A stretch of 64,000 nucleotides of DNA from Eledone cirrhosa (lineage: Eukaryota), in the NCBI GenBank assembly GCA_964016885.1, contig OZ024742.1, positions 214,086,001 to 214,150,000 on the forward strand, read 5' to 3'. The position numbers were made by a program, and so were the translations under genes. The notes below the pieces were generated by a model, which was not told the DNA's origin, made no database searches, and was given only the letters and a program-made list of their open reading frames with translations. How positions within the stretch are numbered: the first letter of the stretch is position 1; each line of letters starts with the position of its first letter. Shown here one piece after another: positions 15,051 through 28,930 of the stretch.

Positions 15051-17115
15051 TATTTAACCATACCTATTTACATGCGAATCGGTAAATCATCGAATAAAAT
15101 GGCTTTCTGTATCTTTCCTGACAATCGGAACTTTTAAAATTCTGCGAAGGTCAACGTTTATTTCATAATTTCAGGTTGGGTAATAAATTACCAGCCCTGA
15201 GTGGTTGCTTTGCAGAATAGGTAAGTCGGCAAACGACACACTTTCCGATATATATTCGATATCTTCACGCTCTGAGTTCAAACTTTTCTCATTAATGAAG
15301 TGTCGCTTAGTGTAAAGCGTTGGAATCGAGAATGATGTAAAAATTGCAACAGAGATCATTAAAAATGGAGATAGGTTAGTCTATATAGAATTGTGTTAAG
15401 TAACGGTTTTTGAAAAATATAGTTATTGTCATGTCAGTGATAAGAAGACAGCGGAGATTGTAGAATCCATGCTGTGTCTGAATGTATTCCTCATAGAACT
15501 TCCTTGAATCTATATGAAATTTGACTTTACTTTTCAACACTTTTGGGATAGATATCATTCATAAAGTTTTTTTTATTATTTCACAAATATTGAAAGATTT
15601 ATTTCAATAATATGTCCTTTTTCTTAAAAGGAGCGTTAAAGTAGTAACCTTCTATTATTCTGAATTCAAATTTCTCCAGGTGAAGTTTACCATTTGGTGG
15701 ATCCATAAATTACGTTCCAATTATACACTGTGAGCAATTACATTAATTTCACATTTGTCAACATTTGGGCCTATCTACTGATGCTAGAAAACTTTAGTAA
15801 GTGTGGGGGTTAAATATCTCTAGATAGGCAGAAATAGTTGAGCACCGGAATACATATTTTGCGGAGCCTAACTTAATCGCTTTAGATTTTGCGTCTAAAT
15901 AATATCGATATTATCTTTAGCTTTCATCTGTCCAGCGCTCCATAAAGGAAGTAGGGAATGTGTACTGCAGTTGATTCAGCCAATCGAAATCTTGTATAAA
16001 TTTCTAGCATTGTGCAAATTTGCGAAATCATTAATGGAAGAAGATAAGATAACCTCTCAACTAGCCTTGTTTGAGATTTAGCTTTGATTTTTCTTTGAAA
16101 CAAAATCACATCTCTAATACAAGCTAGGAAATCTGTACAATCTCTTTAGTTTAAATATTCGAACAGGCATCTCTGTAACAAATCATAATTTTGCATGTTC
16201 GGAAGCAATACGGAAGCAATGCATAACCTCTTTTGCCCTGCCTACTAGAGCTGTTTCAAGAAATCTTCTACTCTATTACTTGACCTTCTCGAAATACCAG
16301 TCAAAACCCTCTCAAATCAAATGCTACCGTTTAATAGTTTAATAAAGAAAATACATATTGGATAATGTAGTCACGGATGCACTCCAGCACGGGGTATTCA
16401 GGAATGGAACGGCTTTAATCAGAGGTCTGATCAATAAACGTTGACCAATGGCAAAACAATAACGAGATAATGGCAACAAAGACAAAAACAACAACAAAAA
16501 TAAAAACAATTGTATCAAAAACAGCTTTAGGGTCATATTCGGTTTGTTAACGCTTTTGAATGTTGCAACAAACTAGTCACCGTTTTCTCTTTCCTAAAGT
16601 TAAAAGTTTTAATCATTCATTGATTGACACTGTTTATCAAAAACTGCCAGACAGAATTATAGAGCATACTACCTTCAATATTAGTAAGAATTCAAAAACG
16701 ATTAACAGCCTTAGTGAATAGGCCCGGCGCTTCTGTTTGCTTCGCGAGTCAAGTTATCTGCTTAAGATCCTCTCCACGATACAAACAAGGACAGGGTTTG
16801 TTTTTTATGAACGATCTGCTGTAGTGAACGTATGCAAGACTCCATTCTTAACGCCACTGTTATTGTTCAAGGAATACCAATGGGGATATACTTTAGTGAC
16901 ATCACAATCAATGTCGACAGAACACGAGGAGAGCTAGAACCGATATAGTCCAGTGCTAAAATGTTTCTGCGAACTTACCACTCCGGACTGATAATATATT
17001 TATCGACCTTGAAAGGATGAAGGACAAACGTGATCCTCGAAAATAGAGAATTTAGAGCATATAGAACTGGAACAAATACTGCAAGGCATGCTACATGCAC
17101 AACGCGCGCACACAC

Positions 17116-17207
<92 letters not shown>

Positions 17208-18230
17208 CAAACACATACACACACACACACACATACACACACACACACATACACACACATATATACATATACATATACAAACTTTAATATATTTATACAA
17301 ATATAGCTCTCTACTGACTTTCCTTAATTCATGCGTAATAATATTCGAAAAATGTCTAACTTAACTACGCCTCTACACAACACTTCATGCCTAAACGCAA
17401 ACTGACATCATTCTTCGCTATTCTTGGCTTATTTATTTATATGAATACATGACACTATTGTGGACACTAGATATTCACTTTCTCCTCTCTTACTCTGTCT
17501 TATGATTTTTTCTGAAGATGTTTTGCATTATGATCTCTCTTTAATCAGGTCAAGCTTCTTAAACTGTCAACAGGATCGCGTTTTTTCTTTTGTTTTGCTA
17601 TGTATTTCTCTTTCCCACTTTCATCTTCTATCTCTCTATCACTCTGTCCTGCCTCTTATGGAACGCTTTCTCTCCCTTTCCCTATGTATTTTTATTTCCC
17701 TTTTCTATCTTCTCCCTCTGTCTCTCACAATGCTCTGCCTCGTATACTGTTACCAAGTTTACTCTTGTACAGATTTATACAGTAACAAATATCATTGAAC
17801 AGTATATTAAGAATGTAATTTATAAATAGACAAGAAGTATGACAACAAAAAGCAAAATAAAATATGACAAACTCTACACGGTATACAGTAAAAAAAAACG
17901 CATGTTATTTTCTCTTTATTTAGATTTCCATAACTTACATTTCTTAAAATTCATTACAAAATTAGGAATTAACCCTTGCCCGTCCGCTCAGGTCCTCACT
18001 AGTCAGTGATAATTTCCTTCAGAACCTCTTAGAAATAGTATAGAAATCATGCTATATTGTCTTAAATATCAGTGGCATTTAGGTCACGACCACCCTTGTG
18101 ATTATAAAATGTGATATGACTCCAGTTCCCCAGTGAATTAACAACCCAGCAAGGAACTGGGCATATCAGAGTATTGACAATATCATACACCTAAACAACA
18201 TATGTACTTGTCTATACCATACTAATTCAA

Positions 18231-18285
18231 ACTGCCTGAAGAGGTCACAGCCAAAGATGGCTGTCACTGAAATATATATAGCAGT
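18231..18285 (+). ncRNA. Type I hammerhead ribozyme at a PLE-like 3' end
   Basis: actgc CTGAAGA ggtc-acagcc aaagat ggctgt-cact GAAA tatata TA gcagt, followed by aataaa, a T-rich tail and (TA)n. Confidence 0.88.
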
Positions 18286-18329
18286 AATAAACGAAGCTAA
18301 ATTTTAATCATTTGACTTTTATTTAACTT

Positions 18330-18399
<70 letters not shown>

Positions 18400-18404
<5 letters not shown>

Positions 18405-19290
18405 TAACAGATTAAAGTTTAAGCAAAGAATCGCTGCTTTCACCCTTAACGAGATCTTCTGAAACTATAAAAATCAATCTGTGAACGCAGAAGTAAATAT
18501 TTCGAAAATCGTTGCAACCGAAGAAAGACAGCAAGACGATACTTTGGTTCGTGGAAACGTTCCCTGGCAAAGAACGAAAAAAAACGAAGATTATTTGGCG
18601 CGGTGAAAACAATTACACGCAAAGACAAAACCACGTTAATGGTATAAATGAAGTCGTAGACTAATATTTTATTAGGTGGTTCGTGGAGACGTTCTCAGGC
18701 AATGAACGAACAAACGAAGATAATACGTCATTATGTGGAGCGGTGAGAACAATTAAACGCAAAGGCAAAACCACGTTTATGGTATAACTGAAGTCGTAGA
18801 CTAAAATTAACATATACAAGCACATATACATACTAGAAAGTATACGTACCTTCACAAAACATAAAGGTAGTATATACTTACCTATACAAATAAGTAATGG
18901 TATAAACATAACATATACTTAGCTACCACATCAAGACGTCAAATATTCGCGTATAGTTCGTACTCTCCGTTAGAGCGCCAAACGACGTATTATTTTCGTT
19001 TTTTTCCGTTCTTTGCCAGGGAATGTTTCCATGAACCAAAGTATCGTCTTCCTGTCTTCCATCGGTTGCAACGTTTTTAGAAATATTTATTTCTGCGTTC
19101 ACAGATTGATTTTTTTAGTTTCAGAAGATCCCGTTAAGGGTGAAAGCAGCGATTCTTTGCTTAAAATTTAATCTGTTATTTTAATAAATATTTGCTCTTC
19201 GGTTCTTATATATATTTGATATATATTTATCCTTATCGAGCCCTCTTTAGATTTTAGTCTTCAAATTTATTACTATTAATATATATATAT
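18400..19290. mobile_element. Fold-back pLTR-like element with ~200-bp inverted arms, each with an HHR-like motif
   Basis: 18400-18600 is the reverse complement of ~18975-19183. Motif agttt CAGAAGA tcccgttaagggt GAAA gca...tgc TT aaa at 19117-19167 (+) and 18416-18466 (-). Confidence 0.7.
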
Positions 19291-19294
19291 ATAT

Positions 19295-20349
19295 AAATCC
19301 AAAATTACGATAAAATGAATTAAATGAATTTAATCTAAATCGAAATCATGGGTGTCATGTCGTAATGCATGCGCCATAAATCCTGGGAATGTAAGCTCAA
19401 AGATAAATCTGAGCATATTATAATAATAATAACTAGAGGTTGATTAACATATAAATATACATGAATAATCACAGGAGATAATTTTTGCTCGCGTATAACT
19501 ACACATAGCTAGTATAGGTAATATTTACCTTTAAGAGTGATTAACCTTTCCTTGTATATATACCATTAAAGAAATATATTTCACCAATTAATCAGATAGT
19601 AAGTCACGGATAGTGGATATCATTGGATTGTCAGCAAGGAAAGTATAATAATTTCCAGCTATTCGTCCTTACAGAGCGAGTTCAAATCTTCAACTAGCCG
19701 TCACCACGTGTTGCGTCCACACAAGATAGCGGTTTCGTTTCAGTGGCGTGAATAGGTATTCGACAACTAGAAATAGCAGTCAAATTCTCTTCAACAAAAA
19801 TAGCTATACAATTAAGGAGCCGTATATATTTCTCTAAATCCAAAATTACGATAAAATGAATTAAATGAATTTAATCTAAATCGAAATCATGGGTGTCATG
19901 TCGTAATGCATGCGCCATAAATCCTGTGAATTTAAGCTCAAAGATTAATCTGAGCATATTATAATAACTAGAGGTTGATTAACATATAAATATACATGAA
20001 TAATCACAGGAGATAATTTTTGCTCGCGTGTAACCACGTATAGCTAGTATAGGTAATATTTATCTTTAAGAGTGATTAACCTTTCCTTGTATATATCCCA
20101 TTAAAGAAATATATTTCACCAATTAATCAGATGGTAAGTCACGGATAGTGGATATCATTGGATTGTCAGCAAGGAAAGTATAATAATTTCCAGCTATTCG
20201 TCCTTACAGAGCGAGTTCAAATATTCAACTAGCTGTCACCACGTGTTGCGTCCACACAAGATAGCGGTTTCGTTTCAGTGGCGTGAATATGTATTCGAAT
20301 TATCTCCTGTGATTATTCATGTATATTTATATGTTAATCAACCTCTAGT

Positions 20350-20354
<5 letters not shown>
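19295..20354. repeat. ~541-bp tandem duplication with short terminal inversion
   Basis: 19295-19763 repeats at 19836-20297. 20298-20354 is an inverted internal piece, then (TA)n. Confidence 0.85.
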
Positions 20355-20386
<32 letters not shown>

Positions 20387-20491
20387 TAATAACAATGCGT
20401 GCATGCATACATAAATCCATTAACATACATGTATGTATGTATGTATATATGTATGTACGTATGTATGTATGTATGCATGTATGTATGTTAT

Positions 20492-21053
20492 GTCAGGTCA
20501 CCAGTTGGTGCTACTGGTAACATGTATCCCAGTACAACCTGTCTCATGGTCGGGTCGTTGGCGACTAAACTGGCAACCCCACCAAGGTTTCTTGGTGAGG
20601 AGGGTGACTTTGGACATCCTGCAGGACTAAAAACAAAACCTGTCAAAGGGCAAAGGAGCTCTTAAGAGTCAATGGCTATCCAAAATCATCGGGAGAGATG
20701 ACCCCTTAGCCTTTGTCAAGGCAGAATTCTAGCAGAAGGAAATCTCTGATATAACATCTGCAACCCTGATGGTATCCAATGATGTTGACTTGTTCTTCTT
20801 TTTGGTAAATATCATCTTGGTTAAGAGAGTGGGACTGGTATTGCTTTATATCTGGAGATCTTTCTGCGCTTGTCGTCACATGGTACCATGGGCCCAGCAC
20901 TATGTGTCAATGACTGTCACAAGTATAGTGTTTGTACCAGAGTTTTCAAGTCGCTGGCTGGACTAATAAGTCACACTCGTTCAGCGCATCGGTAGGAGTT
21001 GTCCTACATGGATATGAAGTAGTGGCCGTACTCGAAAACGAGTTGGCAGCCAC
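20492..21053 (+). mobile_element. Copy of (TATG)n-tailed RTE-like element with small internal deletion
   Basis: Identity with 1447-2053; lies within a (TATG)n tract. Confidence 0.8.
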
Positions 21054-21086
<33 letters not shown>

Positions 21087-21293
21087 TTATGTGTTAACAT
21101 TTATATACATGTATGTACGTACGTATGTAATAAGTATATGTGTATGTATGATCGATTGAGTGGACTGCAATTCGACTGCGCCAAAATAAATTTTTTGTGA
21201 TAGGAATGTATGAAACTCAGACCTGAATTATTTTATCAACGAAACACCACATCTCCTCCATTCTTTCCTCACTACTGAACAAAGATTACAAAT

Positions 21294-21358
<65 letters not shown>

Positions 21359-23131
21359 AATATGCAGACACGACAGAAGCAGAAGAAGCAATGTGTTGCA
21401 AGGCATATATCAACATCAGTTTCAAACATAAATAATAAACAGAATTGTCCAGATACTTTCCAAACACCAGGCAATTCACAATGAAAAACACAACAAAAGA
21501 TGGAATTGAAAGAGCCTGCGTGGGAAAATATTTTAAACGTGGTTCAATCAGCTGGTTGAAGGAAAGAATTTTTAGAAGCTCCAAGTGAAATCTTGCGTTC
21601 AATTTCTGTTGCATGACGGACAGGTGATACTGCCATCCATTCCTCATTCACCTCTTGAGATTAAAGTCGTAAAATTAAACTATTTATAACGGAGTCAAAT
21701 TTAGATCTACATCAGGAATTATAACGCAAGGTCAAGCTTTTACAAACTCAGAAATACATCAGCAAACCTTGTTGCATGGCAACATAATGCGACCCAGACA
21801 TTATTGGATACAATAATTATTTGTGCAAAATACTCTTAAATTTTGATTTCATTTTTAACATATACTTCGAAATGTGTAACATTATGGTTGTGTTATGTGT
21901 TTCAAAGATAGATCTAGTTGTAATACGTGCATTTAGACAAGTCACATCGTCTATATCATAACAGTTTCGTTTTTGGCACAGGCTTCGTGAATTTTGTTTC
22001 TAAATAGTTGACCGCAGTTATAACATTCACCTAACTGTTCTGAAGTCAAGCATATATTGGTATCTAATCAGAAGATGTATGATACCAGGTTAGATAACGG
22101 ACGTCATAGGTTAGATTTCACTAGCAAGATGCTAACAAAACGCATACATCAAAATAAATAATGTTTACATGTACAGGCATTTGGAGCACTAATTTCAAGA
22201 ACTGTTTTATGTCAACATCTACAACTAATCAAAGTGATTATTTTCCCCATATAATTCTTTCTTGCATTTGGCGTAAAGTTACATCAAAATTCTCTCCAGG
22301 AGCTTAATGACAACGTGGCAGTCGTTTCGCCATTTGCACTGCATGAGAGAAAATCACATCGACGAAGTTAATTAAGCAGTGAGAACATCTGTTAATGAAG
22401 TCTGAAAGAAACAAAAAAATATTTGGTTAAATGTATTTCGAAACGTCCAATATTTGATTGAATCTCACGTAAAATAATACAATAAAGTATCTAAACCAAA
22501 ATATTAACAGAAATAGAATAAATATTAACCACAAATAAATAGTAATTTTTCAGTCTGATATAAATTAATCAATTCCATCTTGGTAGAAATTCATACATTT
22601 GTATCTTGGTACAATGCCGCAATGTTTGGTATGATTAAAATGTATTTGTGAAAATAGATGACCAGAAGAAATGCTATTAGCTTAGATGATAGGTCAAGAA
22701 GTGTGAATTTATATAATGTATATTTGTTTTTACTTCACAATTTGTGATATTGTGTAATTGGATGTCAATATGACCAACAATTCAAAATTAATTTCAAGAA
22801 AAAATATGGGATATTTTGTCTAAAACTTTTGATTTGTTTTACTGCGTTCTCAACTCTGCGATTATACACACTACTACAAGCATTGGGACACGATGAGTGT
22901 TCTGAATATAATATAATTAATCTCCCTTTCTTTTAACAGGCTCTGATACTTAGACAAAAGATCATGGGCACTGTACATCTTTATCTGACTAAGCTATACA
23001 CCGAGAGGTTAAACACAATCTCACTGATAACTGCAATTAGATGAAATACTACAGCAGCCTTGTGTACAATGGTTGAAGGAAACTGAGCAGAAACGTATCC
23101 CACACACGCGCGCGCGCACACATATATATAT

Positions 23132-24890
23132 ACTTCGTTTCTTAATTTGTTTTGCAAGATTTCTTATCTGAGAACGTGTGTTGAAACATATATCGTTACA
23201 CTTTGGGAGGGTCATGCTACCAATAAAAACACGCACCTGTCGGTTTTCACTGCAATTTATTATGAATTTCCGGTTGATTGCTTCGTTCGATAACCGGATG
23301 GTGTTTATATATTGTCAAAGCGCTTTCTTCACACATTCTGTGACCCCCTCAGTGACCGGGTTTTGATTCTGTGTCTCTCCTTTGTGTTTGTGTGTTATGT
23401 GCTTAGTTTGCGCATGCGTTTCATCCGTGTATTTATTTATTTATGTGTTTTTTTGCTTGTCACTAGTTGATTGTTTGTTCTATCCTTGTGTGTAGGATTT
23501 GTTTTATTTGGTTTTTGTGTGTGACTATGTCTTCATTTTGTCCTTAATTACTAGTTGTGATGCTGCTATTCCACTCATGTTTTCTGTTTAACTTTGGTTG
23601 GAGTTCTTTATGTTTGTCGCCTCTGTAATTTGTCTGAGCATTGCATCTTTTCTGTGTGTCAATTTAATATTCATCTCTATTTTCTCTAATGTGCCCCCTT
23701 GTTCTACTTTTGCATGTTTCTGGCGTACTGATGAGTTATTCCTATCCTGGAGTTCTCGCTAGTGTTCATTTATCCTTTCTCCTATGCTACGAGCTTTAAA
23801 ACCTATGTGTGTTATATTCTTATTCTACAATGTCCCGCACTACATCTTATGCTATATACTACGTTCCTAGTTTTGCAGTTAGTCTGCGGGCTTAGCTTGT
23901 AGACTGCATTTTCTATCAGTGCAGAGATTTCTTTGAAATAGATATGTTTTACTAATTAGGGTTTTTATGGGAATACTTGGTCTTTCAACTATCTTAATAT
24001 TGAATTCGAGCTTGTATAGGGCCCTTCTAAATCTATAAGCTAGATCGCCTCTAGATTTTGTGTTGACGAGCATTACACTCTGGTATTTATTGCTATCATA
24101 CGCTGAGTTTATTATATTTGCTTTATTCTTAATCCTTCTTATTCTATTCCAAAATTTGCTCCTATACATGGGGCAAGTTCTATATGCATCATTTTCTACA
24201 GTCTTTGCCCATTTGATTCTATCTCCTTTATATACCCCGATCTTGTCTCTCTGATTGTAGCCAGAGAATTGCATGCGGTGGATGAAGTTTTGTTGCGTCT
24301 TTCTAATTCTTTGGGGTTGCACATGCGGGACACGTTCCTCATAACTCTTACTAAGTCTGCAATCACTATTTTAATTGTTATATGATCCGAAACAGCAGAG
24401 CTTCGATGGATCAGGTATATGGAGGTCATGGGTTTGGCATAATGCGAATGGAGGATTTGCGTTCTATTACTAATAGTTTCCAACCAGAGTTCTGTGTCTA
24501 GTACGGGTAATCTATGGTTGTGGTGTTTATTTGGGTAGTCTATAGTAACTTTAATACTCTGGTGGATGGAGTCAGCTATTTGCTGGATGCTTTCCATGGT
24601 GTTCTTCTCTAACTCCTGACTGTTCTCCTGTGAGGGTGTTTTTACTACGATATTTATGTCATCTACGTAGCGGGAGTACATAGTCAGGGATATAAAATCG
24701 TCGTCTAATTGTTCCTTAAGTTTTCTGTCCCACCATATCATAAAGATGTTAACTATGTCACCTGCAATGTTAACGGCGATGGTGCTTCCTCCTCTTTAGC
24801 ATAAGTTTCGCCATTAAATTTGAAAATATGTTCCTTAAGGGATAGTTATTTACTGGCCCCCACCGCATGTGCAATCATTGTCTTTAACAC
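23132..24890 (-). mobile_element. 5'-truncated decayed Penelope-like element (RT C-terminal half + GIY-YIG)
   Basis: ORFs 24196-24741 (YSRYVDDI, LPVLDTELW, HYAKPM) and 23879-24322. Downstream NVVYSIRC...SIGERINEH GIY-YIG-like remnant. Confidence 0.75.
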
Positions 24891-24920
24891 TAGAAGAGTA
24901 TAAATATTTAATATAGAAAT

Positions 24921-24971
24921 GGCTTCTACAGGACTAGAACTGTTTCACTCGGGAGAAATCATCAGGAAGCC
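24921..24971 (-). ncRNA. Type I hammerhead ribozyme (PLE pLTR fragment)
   Basis: Minus strand: ggcttc CTGATGA tttctcccgagt GAAA cag ttctagtc ctg TA gaagcc. Perfect 6-bp stem I, weak stem II. Related fragments at ~35220-35260 and ~46410-46520. Confidence 0.75.
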
Positions 24972-25268
24972 GACTGTCCAAGTAGTATGGTGGCATTTAT
25001 ACATTTTCTGAGAGAATGGTGATTGGGATGGGTGGAGGTCATTGGTTGATGGATTTAAAGAAAGAGGATTCCTGAAAAACTATATTTAGAGAAACAAAGG
25101 CAGAAAATAATTCAAGGCAAGTACCTATAGACAAACTCATAATGTTTAAGGTACATTTATTCCAAAGAAATAATGGCTAATCATTGGTGAGGATATATAT
25201 ATATATGTGTGTGTGTGTGTGTTTGTATATACACACACACACACGCATACATGTATCAATAACTACAC

Positions 25269-25420
<152 letters not shown>

Positions 25421-25497
25421 CATTTAGGGTTTGTATAAAAAATATATATAACTGCAAAAGGTTTTTGTATTTACATAACCATAAATAGTATAATTAA

Positions 25498-25550
<53 letters not shown>

Positions 25551-25554
<4 letters not shown>

Positions 25555-28500
25555 ATATTAATAAATGGAAACTATATTTATAAAACCATAATTATTTTAT
25601 TATATATATTTCAAGGGAAACCAATGCAAATTTTGGGGAGCTTTCATTAGATAAAATACAAAATTTGTTTTATAGATATTGACATACCCGTAGAAAAACA
25701 ACCTTGACGGTTCAAGGTTCTCTGGATAGTGGAAACATTTATTTATATATTTTTTAATTTTTTTATTTAGGGTAATTCAAAGTTATGTGTGAGTATGCAA
25801 ATAAATGTCAGAAAGAGTTGAAAAAAACGACGGTTCATTTAAATTATACTGTTGGAAGAAGAGAGAGAAAAAACAGAGAAAAAAGAGAAAGAGAGAAGAA
25901 AAAAGAGAAAGAGAGAAGGAAAAAAGAGAAGAAAAAAAGAAAAAAAGAGAAAAGAGAAAGAAAAAGAGAAGAAAGAAGAAAAAAGGGAGAAAGAAAGAGA
26001 GAAAAATTATGGTGAAAAAAAGTTAAGGAAGAAAGAGCGAAGAAATAAGCTTAACAAGGGATGTATGTAAATCATAAATATATCGTTCTTTTATGCTATA
26101 TTTATATTAAAAATAATAATAAATTAAAAATTTTGATAAATTAAAAATAAAAACAATGTTCAATTAAAAATATATTACAATAAAGATATGTTTAAAATAT
26201 ATTAAAATATATTAATAAAATTATATGGGTACAGATGGGTATGCCATGTTATAGATGAGAGTTTTACATTGGGAAAATATTGAGAATCCAGTTTTGTTTA
26301 TTTATTAGTTATTATGGGATAAGTTTGACAAAAATATATTTAGCTAGAATTTATTATCGGTTGTAAGTCAAATCTTAAATACTTAGAAAGATTACAAAAA
26401 TTACGACAATTTACGAGATTTTACAAAAGTTTAAATACTTAATCAAAAGTATATACTAAAATATTTAAAAATTCAGAATATAAAAATTAAGATTATAAAA
26501 ATCTATAAAGAAGTTTTAAGAGATTTTTTAGAAATCTCAAAAAGACTCCAAAGGTACACAAACATCTTTTAAAAAGCTTATAAACTATTCATAAATTAGA
26601 ATTAACATCAACGAACAGTTATGGTTATATGTATAGTTAAAAATGTGCTTTATAGATGCAATGTCAAAACCAATGATAATTCTTTTAACTATGTTGGCTT
26701 ACACGTCTACACACTTCAAATCTCGTTTCAATAACCATAAATGTTCGTTTAGGAATATTGGTAAAAAATCTTCAACTTCTCTATCCAACTTATTATGGAA
26801 CTTAAAATCCAAGAATATAAACTATTCTTTATTTTGGAATATTGTTTCTAAATCACCTGCCTACACAAACACAGCTTTATCCAAATTTTGCATCTTATGT
26901 GTTGAAGAAATATTCTTTATACTTAAATGTAAGAACTCCATTAATTTGAGTAATAATTTATTTAGTTCTTGTAAACATCGTTTATATTCAACTTTTAAAT
27001 ATATATATAAAATGTAATTACACGTTTAATCTTCCCTACATAATGTTTACTCTATCCAAACACCTATCATCTCATTTCTTAAATTATATCCATATATGTT
27101 CACTAATTTAATCTAATTCTAATTTTAATATCTTTTACTTCGTAAATATATATAATACACTTCTTAAATCTCTAATTTACTTCTTAAAACCTTTACTTTC
27201 TAATATATCTACCTCATAAATATATTTTTAGCTTTATCTATCTTACTTCCAAAAATATCTCATAATCCTTTCGGAATGATTACTTGAAACTTTTAAAAAT
27301 CTCTTTAAAATTTTTTAAACATTTTAAAAGCTTTTAAACATTTTTTTTAAATATTTAAAAAGAATTATATAAAAAATTATTCTTTTTGGTCAACTAATAT
27401 TTTAATATTTTTTGAATTTTATATTTTCCAATATTTAAACACTTTTAAATATTTTTAATATTTTAAGTCTTTAACTAATTTCAAATATTTTTGAATACTT
27501 CTTTATATTTTGAATAATTTTAGATGTTAATTATAATTTATGAATAGTTTATAAGCTTTTTAAAAGATTTTTGTGTATCTTTGGAGTCTTTTTGAGATTT
27601 CTAAAAAATCTCTTAAGACTTCTTTATAGTTTTTTATAATATTAATTTTTATAGTCTTAATTTTTATAGTCTGAAATTTTAAATGTTTTAGTATATACTT
27701 TTAATTGAGTATTTAATCTTTTGTAAACTCTCGTAATTTGTCGTAATCTTTGTAATCTTTCTAAGTATTTAAGATTTGACTTACAACCGATAATAAATTC
27801 TAGATAAATATATTTTTGTAAAACTTATCCCATAATAACTAATAAATAAACAAAACTGGATTCACAATATTTTCCCAATGTAAAACTATCATCTATAACA
27901 TGGCATACACATATATTCTTTTTAATATATTTTAATATATTTTAAACACATCTTTATTGTAATATATTTTTAATTTAACATTATTTTTATTTTTTATTTA
28001 TTTTTAATTTAACATTATTTTTAATTTATCAAGATTTTAATTTATCAACATTTTTAATTTATCATTATTTTTAATATAAATATAGCATAAAAGAACGATA
28101 TATTTATGATTTACATACTCATCCCTTGTTAAGCTTATTTCTTCGCTCGTTCTTCGTTCATCCTTAACTTTTTTTCACTATAATTTCCTTCTCCCTTTTT
28201 TCTTCTTTCATCTCCTTTTCTTTCTCTTTTCTTTTTTTCTTTTTTTCTTTTTTTCTTTTTTTCTCCTCTTTTTTCTTCTCTCTTTCTCTTTTTTCTCTGT
28301 TTTTTCTCTCTCTTCTTTCAACAATATAATTTAAATAAACCGTTGTTTTTTCAACTCTTTCTGACATTCATTTGCATACTCACACATAACTTTGAATTAC
28401 CCTAAATTTAAAAAAAAATGTTTCCACTATCCAGGGAACCTTCAACCGTCAAGGTTGTATTTCTACGGGTATGTCAATATTTATAAAACACATTTTGCAT

Positions 28501-28695
28501 TTTGTCTGATGAAAGCGCCCCAAAATTTGAATTGGTTGCCCTTGAAATATATATAATAAATTAATTATGGTTTTATAAATATAGTTTCCTTTTATTAATA
28601 TATTGAATATTTACTCCTGTAAACTGTTGAGTGCTTCATATCAGTTATAAAAATTTTAAGCTTGTTGAATCCGGACAAATTAAATATAACTTTGC

Positions 28696-28705
<10 letters not shown>
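25551..28705 (+). mobile_element. 5'-truncated Naiad-type PLE with a ~1.06-kb inverted copy of its own 3' region
   Basis: GIY-YIG C-terminus in ORF 26643-27017 (FKSRFNNH...TSLSNLLWNLK...CILCVEE...SSCKHR), similar to the 36948 ORF. Arms 25551-26609 and 27523-28605 are reverse complements. Confidence 0.85.
28501..28560 (+). ncRNA. Type I hammerhead ribozyme (Naiad family 2)
   Basis: tttgt CTGATGA aag...ctt GAAA tatata TA ataaa. The inverted copy at 25594-25657 has CTAATGA (G5A). Confidence 0.8.
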
Positions 28706-28731
<26 letters not shown>

Positions 28732-28870
28732 CGAAGGAGTTGTGGCAAGGAACCAGATGGACCATAACGCACCAGAGTACTCAAGACTTAGGGTAGTAGA
28801 GTGGGTAATAGGAGAAAGTATGACCCCGACGGCAGAGGTCTGCCGTCGAGGTAATACTTTCTCCCATGTT

Positions 28871-28927
<57 letters not shown>

Positions 28928-28930
<3 letters not shown>

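Noticed and set aside
18110-18170. ATGA-containing hairpin resembling a SECIS upstream of the 18231 HHR
   Set aside because: Lacks the 3' GA of the non-Watson-Crick quartet.
21365-21660. Decayed GIY-YIG-like fragment (similar weak traces at ~7700-7900 and ~58090-58480)
   Set aside because: Motif similarity is too weak to call without a profile search.
22230-22420. Possible host exon after a minus-strand splice acceptor (tttgtttctttcag at ~22403)
   Set aside because: Short frames, no recognisable protein and no partner exons.
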